Positions 1-9,800 of a DNA stretch of 36,164 nt are shown here, in pieces. The position numbers and the translations under genes are program-made. This DNA comes from Staphylococcus phage PI-Sepi-HH2, in sequence record MT880871.1, one strand, 5' to 3'. Position 1 is the first letter of the stretch; each line of letters opens with the position of its first letter. Under the pieces are notes generated by a model. The model saw nothing but the letters and a program-made list of their open reading frames with translations. It was not told the DNA's origin and searched no databases.

Positions 1-428
1 AAATAAAAAAATAACAAAGAAATGATTATTCCATGGTTCCATAGCTATTGGTAAGTTTTTCTTAAATTCTTTATTATGATTTTCCAAAAATAATTTCGGA
101 AAATTAAACATCGATATAAATGTAGTATACAAGCCAGTTAAAAGAGTCAAAAAAGGCGATAGATTGTAAAAATTATCATAAATTTTATGCACCATTATAA
201 AATATAAGAGATCAAATATAAATGAAACTATTATAATGGATCCAATGTAAATAGCCAATACAGCTAAAGAAGTTTCAACATTTTCAATAAAAATAGGTTT
301 AATGATTTTATTTATAAACAAGATAAACAATTTATTAAAATTATATGAAATGAACACAAATGAAATTACATAAAATATAAACAATATATATTTTATTAAT
401 ATGTGGAATTCTTGTAAATAACTTTTCA
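1..428 (-). CDS. Hydrophobic multi-pass membrane protein, 3'-truncated by the window edge (at least 142 aa). Located downstream of the endolysin, outside the lysis operon.
   Basis: ATG at 428-426 is preceded by AAAGGGG 7 nt upstream. The minus frame stays open to position 1 (MKSYLQEFHILIKYILFIFYVISFVFISYNF...). A TATAAT box lies at 457-462 on the minus strand. The ORF is absent from the track because it runs off the edge. Confidence 0.4.
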
Positions 429-496
429 TCGACATACCCCTTTATTTTTAAATTATATTATACCCATTATTAATAAAAACAAACATTTATAAATTA

Positions 497-538
497 ACAA
501 ACATAAAAAAAGGGTAACCAAAAAAATGGCTACCCTTT
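497..538 (-). terminator. Rho-independent terminator ending the lysis operon.
   Basis: 8-bp perfect stem AAAGGGTA/TACCCTTT (509-516 / 531-538), followed on the minus strand by TTTTTTTATGTTT. It lies immediately 3' of the amidase stop at 542. Confidence 0.65.
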
Positions 539-541
539 TAA

Positions 542-1459
542 TTATTTATATTCTTCTTCTACTTCAATAGTGTGCTTATGCACCCACTCGTTATTGCTAG
601 GCGAATATGTTCTACACCAAATGTTACCTTGTGGATCTTGAATTTCTTCAAAAATATAAACTTCTGTACCCGCTTCAAGTATATCTTTTTCTCTCGCAAA
701 ACTATAGTTATCAAAACTACTACCTGCACGTTCACGTAATGACGCATCATATTTAATTGTACCTCTGTAATAAGGCTCTTCAGACCAAACTTTAACACGT
801 GTACAGCCTACTGGTTTCTTCTCAATAATTTCGTCATGTTCTTCAGGTTGATTCACAATTGTTTCTGTATCAACATCATCACCGTCAATATATCTTTGTA
901 CTAAATTATCAATAATATCAATTTCATTACGACCATAACCACACGCTTCAAGTGCGTTACCTGGATCACGTTTATCATCTTGTATATCTTGATGACCAGG
1001 AGCTTTATTAAAGTGGTCGATATTCCATGATTCGAATAATACTGCAAAGACACGTGCGAAATTATCTAAAGCTTTTAATGATTGTTCTCTATCATCAGGA
1101 AAATAACATAATTCTCCACCAAATGCAGCATCATTCGCATCATCTCCAAAATAATAGTTATCTGTTGGTGTATCATAGATTACATGCCACGCTTTCTCAT
1201 CTAAAGGAATACAAATAATACATTCCTCATCATCAACAAAGAAATGTGCTGAAGCCGTAGAAGCCCAATCTTGTAAGTATGTGTTTTTATAATAATTTAC
1301 ATTTTGTTGAGCTGTACTATCTGGATTACCTGTATCATGATACACTGCAAAAATAGGACTACCCGTGTCTAATGGTTGCCCTGTGCGTCTTGTTCCATAA
1401 GGTAAAAAGTCTGTATATACGGGTACACCGTTCCATTCTCCTAAAAATTCTTTTGTCAT
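542..1459 (-). CDS. Endolysin: N-acetylmuramoyl-L-alanine amidase (amidase_2/PGRP-like N-terminal domain) with a C-terminal SH3b-like cell-wall-binding domain.
   Basis: ATG start with GGAG RBS. The N-terminal sequence resembles zinc amidase_2. The C-terminal roughly 70 aa (VKVWSEEPYYRGTIKYDASLRERAGSSF...WVHKHTIEVE) looks like SH3_5. Position is directly after the holin. Confidence 0.8.
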   Translation of the reverse strand: MTKEFLGEWNGVPVYTDFLPYGTRRTGQPLDTGSPIFAVYHDTGNPDSTAQQNVNYYKNTYLQDWASTASAHFFVDDEECIICIPLDEKAWHVIYDTPTDNYYFGDDANDAAFGGELCYFPDDREQSLKALDNFARVFAVLFESWNIDHFNKAPGHQDIQDDKRDPGNALEACGYGRNEIDIIDNLVQRYIDGDDVDTETIVNQPEEHDEIIEKKPVGCTRVKVWSEEPYYRGTIKYDASLRERAGSSFDNYSFAREKDILEAGTEVYIFEEIQDPQGNIWCRTYSPSNNEWVHKHTIEVEEEYK

Positions 1460-1481
1460 AATTAATCAACTCCAATAATAA

Positions 1482-1505
1482 AAAGCCCCTATCACTAAGG
1501 GCTTT
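1482..1505 (-). terminator. Hairpin between holin and endolysin genes; a possible partial terminator or attenuator acting in both directions.
   Basis: Stem AAAGCCC/GGGCTTT with a 10-nt loop. T-rich sequence follows on both strands. Confidence 0.35.
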
Positions 1506-1512
1506 GTTAATT

Positions 1513-1899
1513 TTAATTTTTAATATTTTTATCGTCTTTAATACCTAAACGTTTTGTAAGTAATTCAGGTAGTGGTACACCAATTAATGAACAATTTTCT
1601 AAAATACTAACTGCTTCACCGATAATATAGAAAGCAACTGTACCATTAACAACCATTCCATCAGCTTTAAATACAATATCTGCAAGATTTGCAACTATAA
1701 CTACCATTAAGATACCTACTTTTTTAGCAAATCCTATGTTAGCTACAGAACTTTTAATTGTATGTTCACGAGTTGCTTTAATAACACCACTAATTACATC
1801 TAATCCAATTAAAATGATAAGTATATCTATAATTGTCCATGAGCCTGTAAAAAAGAAACTTGAGAAATTATCAATTTGAATGTTATTTACTTGTTCCAA
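1513..1899 (-). CDS. Holin (phage_holin_4 / LL-H-like family, multiple TM helices).
   Basis: 128 aa with hydrophobic helices and a charged C-terminus. TTG start at 1899 with GGAGGT RBS 8 nt upstream. Lies immediately upstream of the endolysin. Confidence 0.8.
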   Translation of the reverse strand: MEQVNNIQIDNFSSFFFTGSWTIIDILIILIGLDVISGVIKATREHTIKSSVANIGFAKKVGILMVVIVANLADIVFKADGMVVNGTVAFYIIGEAVSILENCSLIGVPLPELLTKRLGIKDDKNIKN

Positions 1900-1900
1900 T

Positions 1901-2182
1901 TTATGATACCTCCGAAGGACTATTATTTGTTACTTTAATCACTTTCACTTCTTCTTTAAAAACATCAACATATGCTTGTACTCCAGTTAATTTATATAGT
2001 GAATTCAATGTAGTTGCAATTGAAGTTGCACTTTCTTCAGTATCATAAAATGTTGGTTGTTCATCTTCTAAAGCCACTGCATAACCGTAGTTATAAGGAT
2101 TATACTTTAATTTTTGTTCTCCACTATATTCACTTGTACCTTTCGATGTTCTAACTAAGTAAAATCTTGTTTTGTTTGTCAT
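1901..2182 (-). CDS. Small phage protein of unknown function, sitting between the tail genes and the lysis genes.
   Basis: The true start is probably ATG 2182 (GGAGTGA RBS); the track start at 2188 is TTG. The stop abuts the holin start. Confidence 0.5.
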   Translation of the reverse strand: MTNKTRFYLVRTSKGTSEYSGEQKLKYNPYNYGYAVALEDEQPTFYDTEESATSIATTLNSLYKLTGVQAYVDVFKEEVKVIKVTNNSPSEVS

Positions 2183-2216
2183 TTTCAATCACTCCTATTA
2201 GATATATAAATGTGAG

Positions 2217-2627
2217 TTACTCTACATTAAATAACTCACATAATAATTCGTATGTTTCTGCTTTTTCCTTATCTAATTCAACATCTAATTCATATAACGC
2301 TTGTTGAATTGAATCATACACATTTGGATATTCATCTAAATTAATTTTAGAAAGTTCATTAATTAAAATGGTATCTTCCCTTTCAAACTCTATACGATTT
2401 TCCACATTATCAAATTCAACCATATTATCATTTATGATTGGATTACCGTTTTCATCTTTTTTTGCATATTGTTGAATAATTTCATTAGATGCGTCAGACA
2501 AGTCTTTTATCTTTTCATCAATTAACTTAACTAATTTAGTACGATGTCTTGATAATTTTGGTTTTAGTTTTAAATCATATAAAAAAGACTTAGCTTGTAC
2601 TAAGTCTGAATTCCTAATTTCTAACAT
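2217..2627 (-). CDS. Phage protein of unknown function, a typical post-tail-fiber small ORF.
   Basis: The internal ATG at 2627 has a strong GGAGGA RBS 9 nt upstream. The track start 2660 has a poor RBS. Confidence 0.5.
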   Translation of the reverse strand: MLEIRNSDLVQAKSFLYDLKLKPKLSRHRTKLVKLIDEKIKDLSDASNEIIQQYAKKDENGNPIINDNMVEFDNVENRIEFEREDTILINELSKINLDEYPNVYDSIQQALYELDVELDKEKAETYELLCELFNVE

Positions 2628-2647
2628 ATTTAATTGTCCTCCTATTT

Positions 2648-5600
2648 TTAAACTCTCCATGAATCACCACGTAAAATATCACCAAAAGAGTACCAATATT
2701 TACCGTATTGTACTCTTACATCATAATTACTAAATTGAATTCCATATTTCTCATTCCAACTTAATATTCCTGTATAGCCATCAGTATAATTAACGATTTT
2801 AATTCTATCGTTTAATCCACTCGTCCATACAGTATTAAATCTATAACCATCTTGACCTAATTCATATTTGTATTCTCTTGTATTATTACCATAAAATGCT
2901 CTTACTCTACTTCCACCTTTACGATAATTTTCTAATGTCCAACCACCTGTGTTTACATCTCCACCATGACTATCAAATTTAATGTTATCAGCTATAATAT
3001 CTACTTCTGAAAGTCCATCATCTGTTGCTTTAGCGGTATGACACTTAATACCCGAAAAACTACCTGTGTTGGAATCAGCATCTAAGTTACCACTCGTACC
3101 TATTGCAATTGAAGGATATTGTGTACCTGTTGTCCTACTAAAAGTTAGAAAAGCACATGTCCCATTATTACTTTGATAAATGGCATTATTAGTCGTATGG
3201 AAAAGTATTCTTGAATGTCCATAATAATTTGTTTCTGCACCGTCAAAATAATCTAAACTATTAGCGTTTAAATTCCAACGCATACTACCACTTGTTGAAC
3301 GTAATACACCACTAGTAATTCTTGATGCATCAATATCAATTGCTTTAATTGCATTAATGAATGCACTTTTTGCAGTGAGTGTATTAACAAAAGATTCATT
3401 ATTGATTAACTTATTCACTAAACCATAATCAACATTAATAGCGTTTGAAGTAATACTATTAGCAGTTATTAATCTAGTACGTAAATTGGAAATATTACCA
3501 TAAACTGATTCTAAGGCTTTAGATTTCATCTTTTCAGTTAATGTATAGTTTGATGTTAAGTTATTAACCAGTAAATTATTTGTCATTAATTTATCGATTA
3601 ATGCACGATCAACATTAACCATGTTTGCATTAACACTATCTGCAGTTAAAATGTTACTTCTTAAGTAGTTAATATCCCCTCTAACTGCCTCAATTGCTTT
3701 TGATGAAATACTGTCTGCGACAACATTAATTTGTTTTTCTAAATCATCTACATTAGGTGACCAATCACTTGCTACAGTACCTTTTTCCAGTTGTGGTTTA
3801 GCAATATAAACTAATTTACTAGGCCATGTAGATGTAAAATAAATACGTAAATTAGTCTGATTTCCAGTATTGAATTTAAATATTAATCTTTGCTTATCTT
3901 TAACTTCTTTTATCGTTTCATTTTTTAAAAGAAATTGTCTAGGTTTTAATGAATAACCATTTTCATTAACGATTTCAATTGGAGTATAAGCTCCACCTAC
4001 TTCAAATTTAGGGATAACGTCATAACTTAATACATAGTCGGTATTAGGTTCTAATTTTACAAATTGGTTTGTTTCCCAAAAGAAATAACCTTTACTATCT
4101 TCATGTTCTAATGCATATAACTGATCATTAATAACTTTTCCAAATTCCACTATCTTATTATGATTAAATGGTGTAGTGTAGTTTGAAGTACCTTTTAATA
4201 AATTTACTGCACCAATCTTCATATTATCTACTTTCCTATTAATCTGATTGATTTGTTCAAGTGTAGCACTATTACTAAAGTTAGTTGCTTGTAGAACTTC
4301 ACTTTTAGCCCTTTCTATACTCTGATTAAATTCATTCGTAACATCATTAGCCTTTGTATCTATATATAACTTTGATTCATTTTGCTTACTATATAATTCA
4401 GTTAGCTTTGATTGAACAACTTCTTTATCACTAGTATATGATGCTTGATTTATATTAATTTGATTTTGAGCATTTTGAAGTGATGTTCTAAATTCATTTT
4501 GAACGTTATTAAATTCATCAGTGAATTTATTATCAAGTACATTAATGCTGGCTTGTGATGTCTGATTAGATTCATTTATCTTATCTCTAATTAATCCAGT
4601 TTCTTGTTCAAAATGATTGTTAAAGTTTTCTCTTTCAGTATTTAATCTAAAATCAAGATACTGTTCTAGTTGACTTTGATAATCCCTTATAACCTTTTCA
4701 GTATTAGAATTTGATATACTGCTATTCTGACTTGTATAACTGCTTGTTTTAGAGCCGAAAGTAACTTCTAGATACTTTTTATCCATAGGACTATACTTCG
4801 TCGCTATGACACGATTACGCACATCTATATCTTGTTCAATATGTCTTACGATTACAGTATCTCCTAAATGCACCTCCTCATTCTGCAAAACCTCTAAACC
4901 TATCTTTGTAGACACATTAGGTTTATCTATGTTTTGTACACTAAAATAGTTTTCTGCAAATGTTGTTAATTCTTCAACTGTCTTAATATCGTTATTTTCT
5001 ATAGACATTTCATATACTTCAGGATATTCATTGATTAATGGACTATCAACAGTAACAGATAAGGTTATTTCTTCATTTAGTAATTCTGTTTCTTCTTTAT
5101 GTTTCGCTTTCAATTTAGCAATTTCTGCTTTTTGTTTTTCAGCATGTTCTTTTGCTAGTTGTCTTTGTATATCTGTTTTTTGTTGTTGTGCTTTATACTT
5201 TTCTCTAATTTCATTTTCTATTTCTTCAGATGACTTAAATACTGTAACTTGCATTGTTTTATGACTTCTTTTTTTCTGTTCTTTATAACGTATCTTTTTT
5301 AATTCTTCACGTCTTATTGCTTCTTTAATTTCTTTCTCAATTCGTTTTTGACGCTTTTCATCTGCTAATCGTTTATTAAATTCAGCTTGTTTTGTTTTTA
5401 AAGCTTCAACTTCTTCTTTTTGTTTTTTCTTTAATTTCTCTTTATCATATTCAGGTTTGAATTTTGAGTTTGCTATAATACGTGTAATAACTTCATCGTA
5501 ATTATCTTCTTGACCAAATGAGGTTATGTTTTTATTAGTCGTATACAGAAACTGTGTATCTCTACCTATACGCCCTAATGAAATACCATTCAAGTAAAAG

Positions 5601-6103
5601 TCTAAATCTAAATCAGATTGATTGGCCATTTCAACTAACACATTTAATGCATATCTAGGTTTTAAGTCATCTTGTTTGTTAGAGTAGTAAGTCACACGTT
5701 TGTCAGTTGTATCACTCCAATACTCAATAGATAAATTTGGTGGTTCATTGAATTTTTGTGACCACATCTTTAAAGCGTCTACTGGTAATAAATCATTAAC
5801 AAAAAAAGGATTAACGTACTTCTTAGCTAAATCAAAAATTATTTGATACGCCGTAAATTGTACATAATCCTCTTCTTTATCTATATATCTAACTCTAAAT
5901 ATGTTATAACCAATCTCTCTAAAATGTTCAGTCGCTTTTAACATGCTATCTTTTTCTACTAACTTGTGTTGGTCACTTTTATTTACTGGTAATTTAAATA
6001 TTAATTTATAAATACCGTTTAAATCACGTTCGATAACATCATCATAGGCTTGTGATAAAGGTAAACCATTATAGTAAAAATTTGTTTCTTGTAAATAAAT
6101 CAA
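2648..6103 (-). CDS. Large tail tip / receptor-binding protein (Tal-like minor structural protein, 1151 aa).
   Basis: Lies after Dit. The TTG start at 6103 overlaps the Dit stop (TTGA coupling), with a GGTGGGGTG RBS. It has a roughly 100-aa K/E-rich coiled-coil segment and a Gly/Ser/Thr/Asn-rich C-terminal domain. Confidence 0.7.
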   Translation of the reverse strand: MIYLQETNFYYNGLPLSQAYDDVIERDLNGIYKLIFKLPVNKSDQHKLVEKDSMLKATEHFREIGYNIFRVRYIDKEEDYVQFTAYQIIFDLAKKYVNPFFVNDLLPVDALKMWSQKFNEPPNLSIEYWSDTTDKRVTYYSNKQDDLKPRYALNVLVEMANQSDLDLDFYLNGISLGRIGRDTQFLYTTNKNITSFGQEDNYDEVITRIIANSKFKPEYDKEKLKKKQKEEVEALKTKQAEFNKRLADEKRQKRIEKEIKEAIRREELKKIRYKEQKKRSHKTMQVTVFKSSEEIENEIREKYKAQQQKTDIQRQLAKEHAEKQKAEIAKLKAKHKEETELLNEEITLSVTVDSPLINEYPEVYEMSIENNDIKTVEELTTFAENYFSVQNIDKPNVSTKIGLEVLQNEEVHLGDTVIVRHIEQDIDVRNRVIATKYSPMDKKYLEVTFGSKTSSYTSQNSSISNSNTEKVIRDYQSQLEQYLDFRLNTERENFNNHFEQETGLIRDKINESNQTSQASINVLDNKFTDEFNNVQNEFRTSLQNAQNQININQASYTSDKEVVQSKLTELYSKQNESKLYIDTKANDVTNEFNQSIERAKSEVLQATNFSNSATLEQINQINRKVDNMKIGAVNLLKGTSNYTTPFNHNKIVEFGKVINDQLYALEHEDSKGYFFWETNQFVKLEPNTDYVLSYDVIPKFEVGGAYTPIEIVNENGYSLKPRQFLLKNETIKEVKDKQRLIFKFNTGNQTNLRIYFTSTWPSKLVYIAKPQLEKGTVASDWSPNVDDLEKQINVVADSISSKAIEAVRGDINYLRSNILTADSVNANMVNVDRALIDKLMTNNLLVNNLTSNYTLTEKMKSKALESVYGNISNLRTRLITANSITSNAINVDYGLVNKLINNESFVNTLTAKSAFINAIKAIDIDASRITSGVLRSTSGSMRWNLNANSLDYFDGAETNYYGHSRILFHTTNNAIYQSNNGTCAFLTFSRTTGTQYPSIAIGTSGNLDADSNTGSFSGIKCHTAKATDDGLSEVDIIADNIKFDSHGGDVNTGGWTLENYRKGGSRVRAFYGNNTREYKYELGQDGYRFNTVWTSGLNDRIKIVNYTDGYTGILSWNEKYGIQFSNYDVRVQYGKYWYSFGDILRGDSWRV

Positions 6104-6870
6104 GTTAAGTCACCCCACCTACAATTAATTGTTATTTTGCTTATATTATCAGTTGCACTAATACCGTGTTCACCTGGTGGGATTTTAAAAAATTCACCAA
6201 TCATACACTCATTTCTTAATCCATTTTTATCACTGACATTTTGTTGACCTGGAAAGCATTCTATAGCTAAATAGTTATCTGGTGCTACAATATGAATTGT
6301 TTGTTCACCTATAGTAACTAAACTGTCATTGTGATTGAGTGTTTCAATTTCTAATTGAGGGTACATGTGTATGCCACTTGTATTTGTAATTGTTCTCACT
6401 TTAGGAAATACAACCGTTAATTGTTCATTGTCTAAACTACCGTCTGAATAGCTAAATGGTTGGCACGTAAATGTAACATCAAATTCATAACCGTCAAATT
6501 CATCAACATAAGCATTTCCAACAATCACTTTTAAAACATTATAATATCGACCTGGATTGTCATACGGTTTTAAATAATTCGTATGATGATTTGATAGTGA
6601 GAAACCATTATCGTTAATATTACTATTTAACCATTTGAATAAAGGTGCCATCTCTTGTAAAGTAGCTCCCTGTACATAAAATTTATATTTCTTTTCAATC
6701 GTTGAATAATTGTCACTAGATTTAATTAAAGCTCCGTGCATTTGGTCAGTTGTTATGATTTTAGTTTTACGTTGTGGGATATTAATCCCGTCATTCACTT
6801 CTACATATACTTTAAATGAAAAATCACTTGTTTTAACACCGTTATATTCTAATGCATTAAATTGTATCAA
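6100..6870 (-). CDS. Distal tail protein (Dit-like).
   Basis: 256 aa directly after the TMP. TTG start with GGAGGTG RBS 7 nt upstream. Position is conserved in siphoviruses. Confidence 0.6.
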   Translation of the reverse strand: MIQFNALEYNGVKTSDFSFKVYVEVNDGINIPQRKTKIITTDQMHGALIKSSDNYSTIEKKYKFYVQGATLQEMAPLFKWLNSNINDNGFSLSNHHTNYLKPYDNPGRYYNVLKVIVGNAYVDEFDGYEFDVTFTCQPFSYSDGSLDNEQLTVVFPKVRTITNTSGIHMYPQLEIETLNHNDSLVTIGEQTIHIVAPDNYLAIECFPGQQNVSDKNGLRNECMIGEFFKIPPGEHGISATDNISKITINCRWGDLT

Positions 6871-6872
6871 AA

Positions 6873-9800
6873 TTATGCACCTCCAATCATCTGTTGTTCG
6901 GAAAGCGAACGTCTTAAGTGTTGATCCATTTTCCTAATTAATCTATCTTCGTCTGCTTCTTCCTTAATCACAGTATCATTAAGATTAATATTAACTACTA
7001 CACCATTACCTGCATTGTTTCCATTTGTATAATCTTGTAACACACCTTCTATTCCTCTCATTTTCTCTCTACTATTTAAAGGTGTGATAGTAACATTACC
7101 TCTATTTACACTAAAAATCTCTGGTCCTGCTTCGCCTACAATACCAGTATAAGTACCAGGCACTGAATGAGATTGAATGTTTCCACCTTCTGCGTAAGCG
7201 TCAATGTGTCCACCTTCAGCATGCTCATTACTAAAGAAATTACGTACAACATTAATTGTAGACTGTACAAATCGAGGAATTGAATTTAAAGCGTCAATTG
7301 CACTATAGGCTTGTCTTTCTGCGTTTGAACTTACATTAATTCGTTTTGTTGGTATACCTGTATAGTTATATCTTTGAACAGCGTTTCTTGCACTATCTGT
7401 AAATGAACTTGCATTACCATTTGCCGATAAATTTTTAGTTGGAATACCTGTACCATTGAATAAGTTTAATTTACCCTGAGCAGTATCAGTGAACTTACTT
7501 GCATTTCCTGTTGCTAAAAGGTTTTTAGTTGGTGTTTTCGTATTGTTAAAGTTGTCTAACTTTCCTTTTGCTTCATCAGCCTTAGTCGATGCATTTCCAC
7601 GTGCTTTTAATTCTTTAACTTCCATTTTCAAATCATTTATTTGATTAAGCGCTGATTTTACTTTTTTAGTTAAAGCAGTAATTTCATCTTTCCCTTTTAA
7701 AATTTTCTTTTCAGCTTTAGCATTGTTATATTCCAAAACTTTAATTTTGGCCTTAAACGCCTTTTCTGAAGCTTCATCTTTCGCTTTTAATTTTTTTATA
7801 TCTGCTTTAACTTCTTTGTATTTCTTCATTGCATTTTCGGCTTTTTTAGTAGCTTTAGAAACTTCATCTTTTGCTTTTAACTTTTTAATTTCTACTTTTA
7901 AATCATCAATTTCCTTTAATGATGATTTTACTTTTTTAGTTAAATCAGAAATCTCATCTTTCGCTTTTAATTCTTTTTCATCAGCTTTCTTTTTATTATG
8001 ATCGTCTAATGATTTATCGGCTTTCTTTACTTCCTTTGTAGTTTTATCTTTAGCTTTTATCTCTTTTTCTTTAGTTTTTTTAGCATTATGATCATCAATT
8101 GCCTTATCAGCCTTTTTCACTTCTTTAGAAGTTTTATCTTTAGCTTTTATTTCTTTCTCTTTTAGCTTTTTATTATCATAATCTTCTAATGCTTTTTTTA
8201 AAATCTTGATAGCTTCTTCAGAATTTTTAGCTCCTTTAACTTGTTTTTGAGTTGTACTGTCAATAATCCCTGCATGTTTCAATGCTGCCAATCCACTGGT
8301 ACTAATCATTTCTTGTAAATTTTCACTAAAGAATTTTTGCGCTTGTACATTGTCAGTAACTGCTTGTCCTGTTGATTCTGATAATTTTAAATATGCTTGT
8401 GTAATCTCAGCAGTCTCTTCGGCACTTAACGCTCGATGTTCACGAGATGCGGTTGCCATAATGTTACTTATCTTTTGTTGATTATCTTGTACTGCTTCAA
8501 CACGCTTACTGTATTCTTGATCAATGGACTCTGTTTCTTTTTGTAATTGTTGTTGTGAGATAATACCTAATTGTTGTTTTTCTTTTAGGTCATTTATTCT
8601 TGCATCTTTTTCTTTATTTAAACTGTTTACAATTTCTTCTGTAACAGCTTTAGTAGCTTTAATTGTACCTAGTGCTAAGTCTTCAGTAATTACTTTATTT
8701 TTTTCTATATAACTTCCAACTTCTTTAAATGTAGATCCAACCATTGTGGCATAATTATCATAATTTGCTTTAGCAGCAGCAATCTCTTTTTGACTTAATC
8801 CTAAGTCCTTTAGTTTTTCTTTCAAACCTTCAATATGTTTTTTAGTTTCTTGAACAATACCAAAAGAAAGTATTTTTGCTTTTCCTATACGTTGTTCATA
8901 ACCGTCCCAACCCTTTTTCATAGTATCTTGAAGATCAGTGTTTTGTTTCTTCATACGCTCAGTCATTTGTTTATAGGTTTCACCAGTTTTTTTCGTCGCA
9001 TCTTGTATTTCTTTTTGTGAACCTGATGCTTTTTTAGAACCTTTCGTGACAGTATCAAACCAATCTTGATATTTACCTTTTGTTTGTTCAACTGCAGCTT
9101 TATGGTTATTATCATCTTTATGTAATTCGTTATAGATTAAATAACCAACACCTGCTGAAGCTGCAACTATAGCACCAAAACCTAATACATAAGGATTACT
9201 TAATAACGGTGCGAAACCTCCAACTTTTTGAGCCATAGAACCGAATTTACTTACTCCACCTGCTGCTTTTTCAGCACCACCTACAACTTTACTCGCTCCA
9301 CTTGTAATTTTTCCAAAACCACGTGCAAGTGTCCCTATACCTTTAACAGTTCCACCTATACTTCTAACAATACTACCTAACCCTAAAGACAGTGGACCTA
9401 TAGCTCCTGCAAATGCTGCAATTTTTAATATAGCTCCTTGTGTATCTTTATCTAATTGGCCAAACTTATTTGCTAAATCTGTAGCCTTATCAATTAAAGG
9501 TATAATAGCAGGTACGACTTGTTGTCCTAATGTTTCTGCTAAAACTTTAAACGATTCTTTCATTTTAGCTACATTTCTAGATGCTGATTCACCCATTTTT
9601 TTAGATAAATCATCTTGATACTTAGAAGCGTCTTTTGTACTTTTAGATAAGTCTTTAATTGACTTTGAACCAGCTTGAATAAGTGGGTTAATACCTTTCA
9701 TAGCTTGAGTGTTAAATATCGTATTTAATGCAGCGTTTTTCTGTTCGTCACTCATTCCACTAGTAGCCTTTTCTATATCTTCTAAAATGTCTGGGAATGA

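Noticed and set aside
559-1218. ORFs 559..798 (-) and 1027..1218 (+) overlapping the endolysin gene
   Set aside because: They are alternative-frame or antisense ORFs entirely inside the 305-aa amidase CDS, with odd composition and no RBS.
5031-5264. Plus-strand ORF 5031..5264 inside the tail-fiber gene
   Set aside because: It is antisense to the K/E-rich coiled-coil segment of the 1151-aa tail protein. Its product is a Cys/Ser/Phe-rich low-complexity artefact.
7723-9020. Plus-strand ORFs 7723..8001, 8524..8712 and 8835..9020 inside the tape measure gene
   Set aside because: They are antisense to a much longer, well-supported CDS. Their products are low-complexity (F/S/L-rich), as expected from the complement of K/E-rich repeats. 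None has an RBS.
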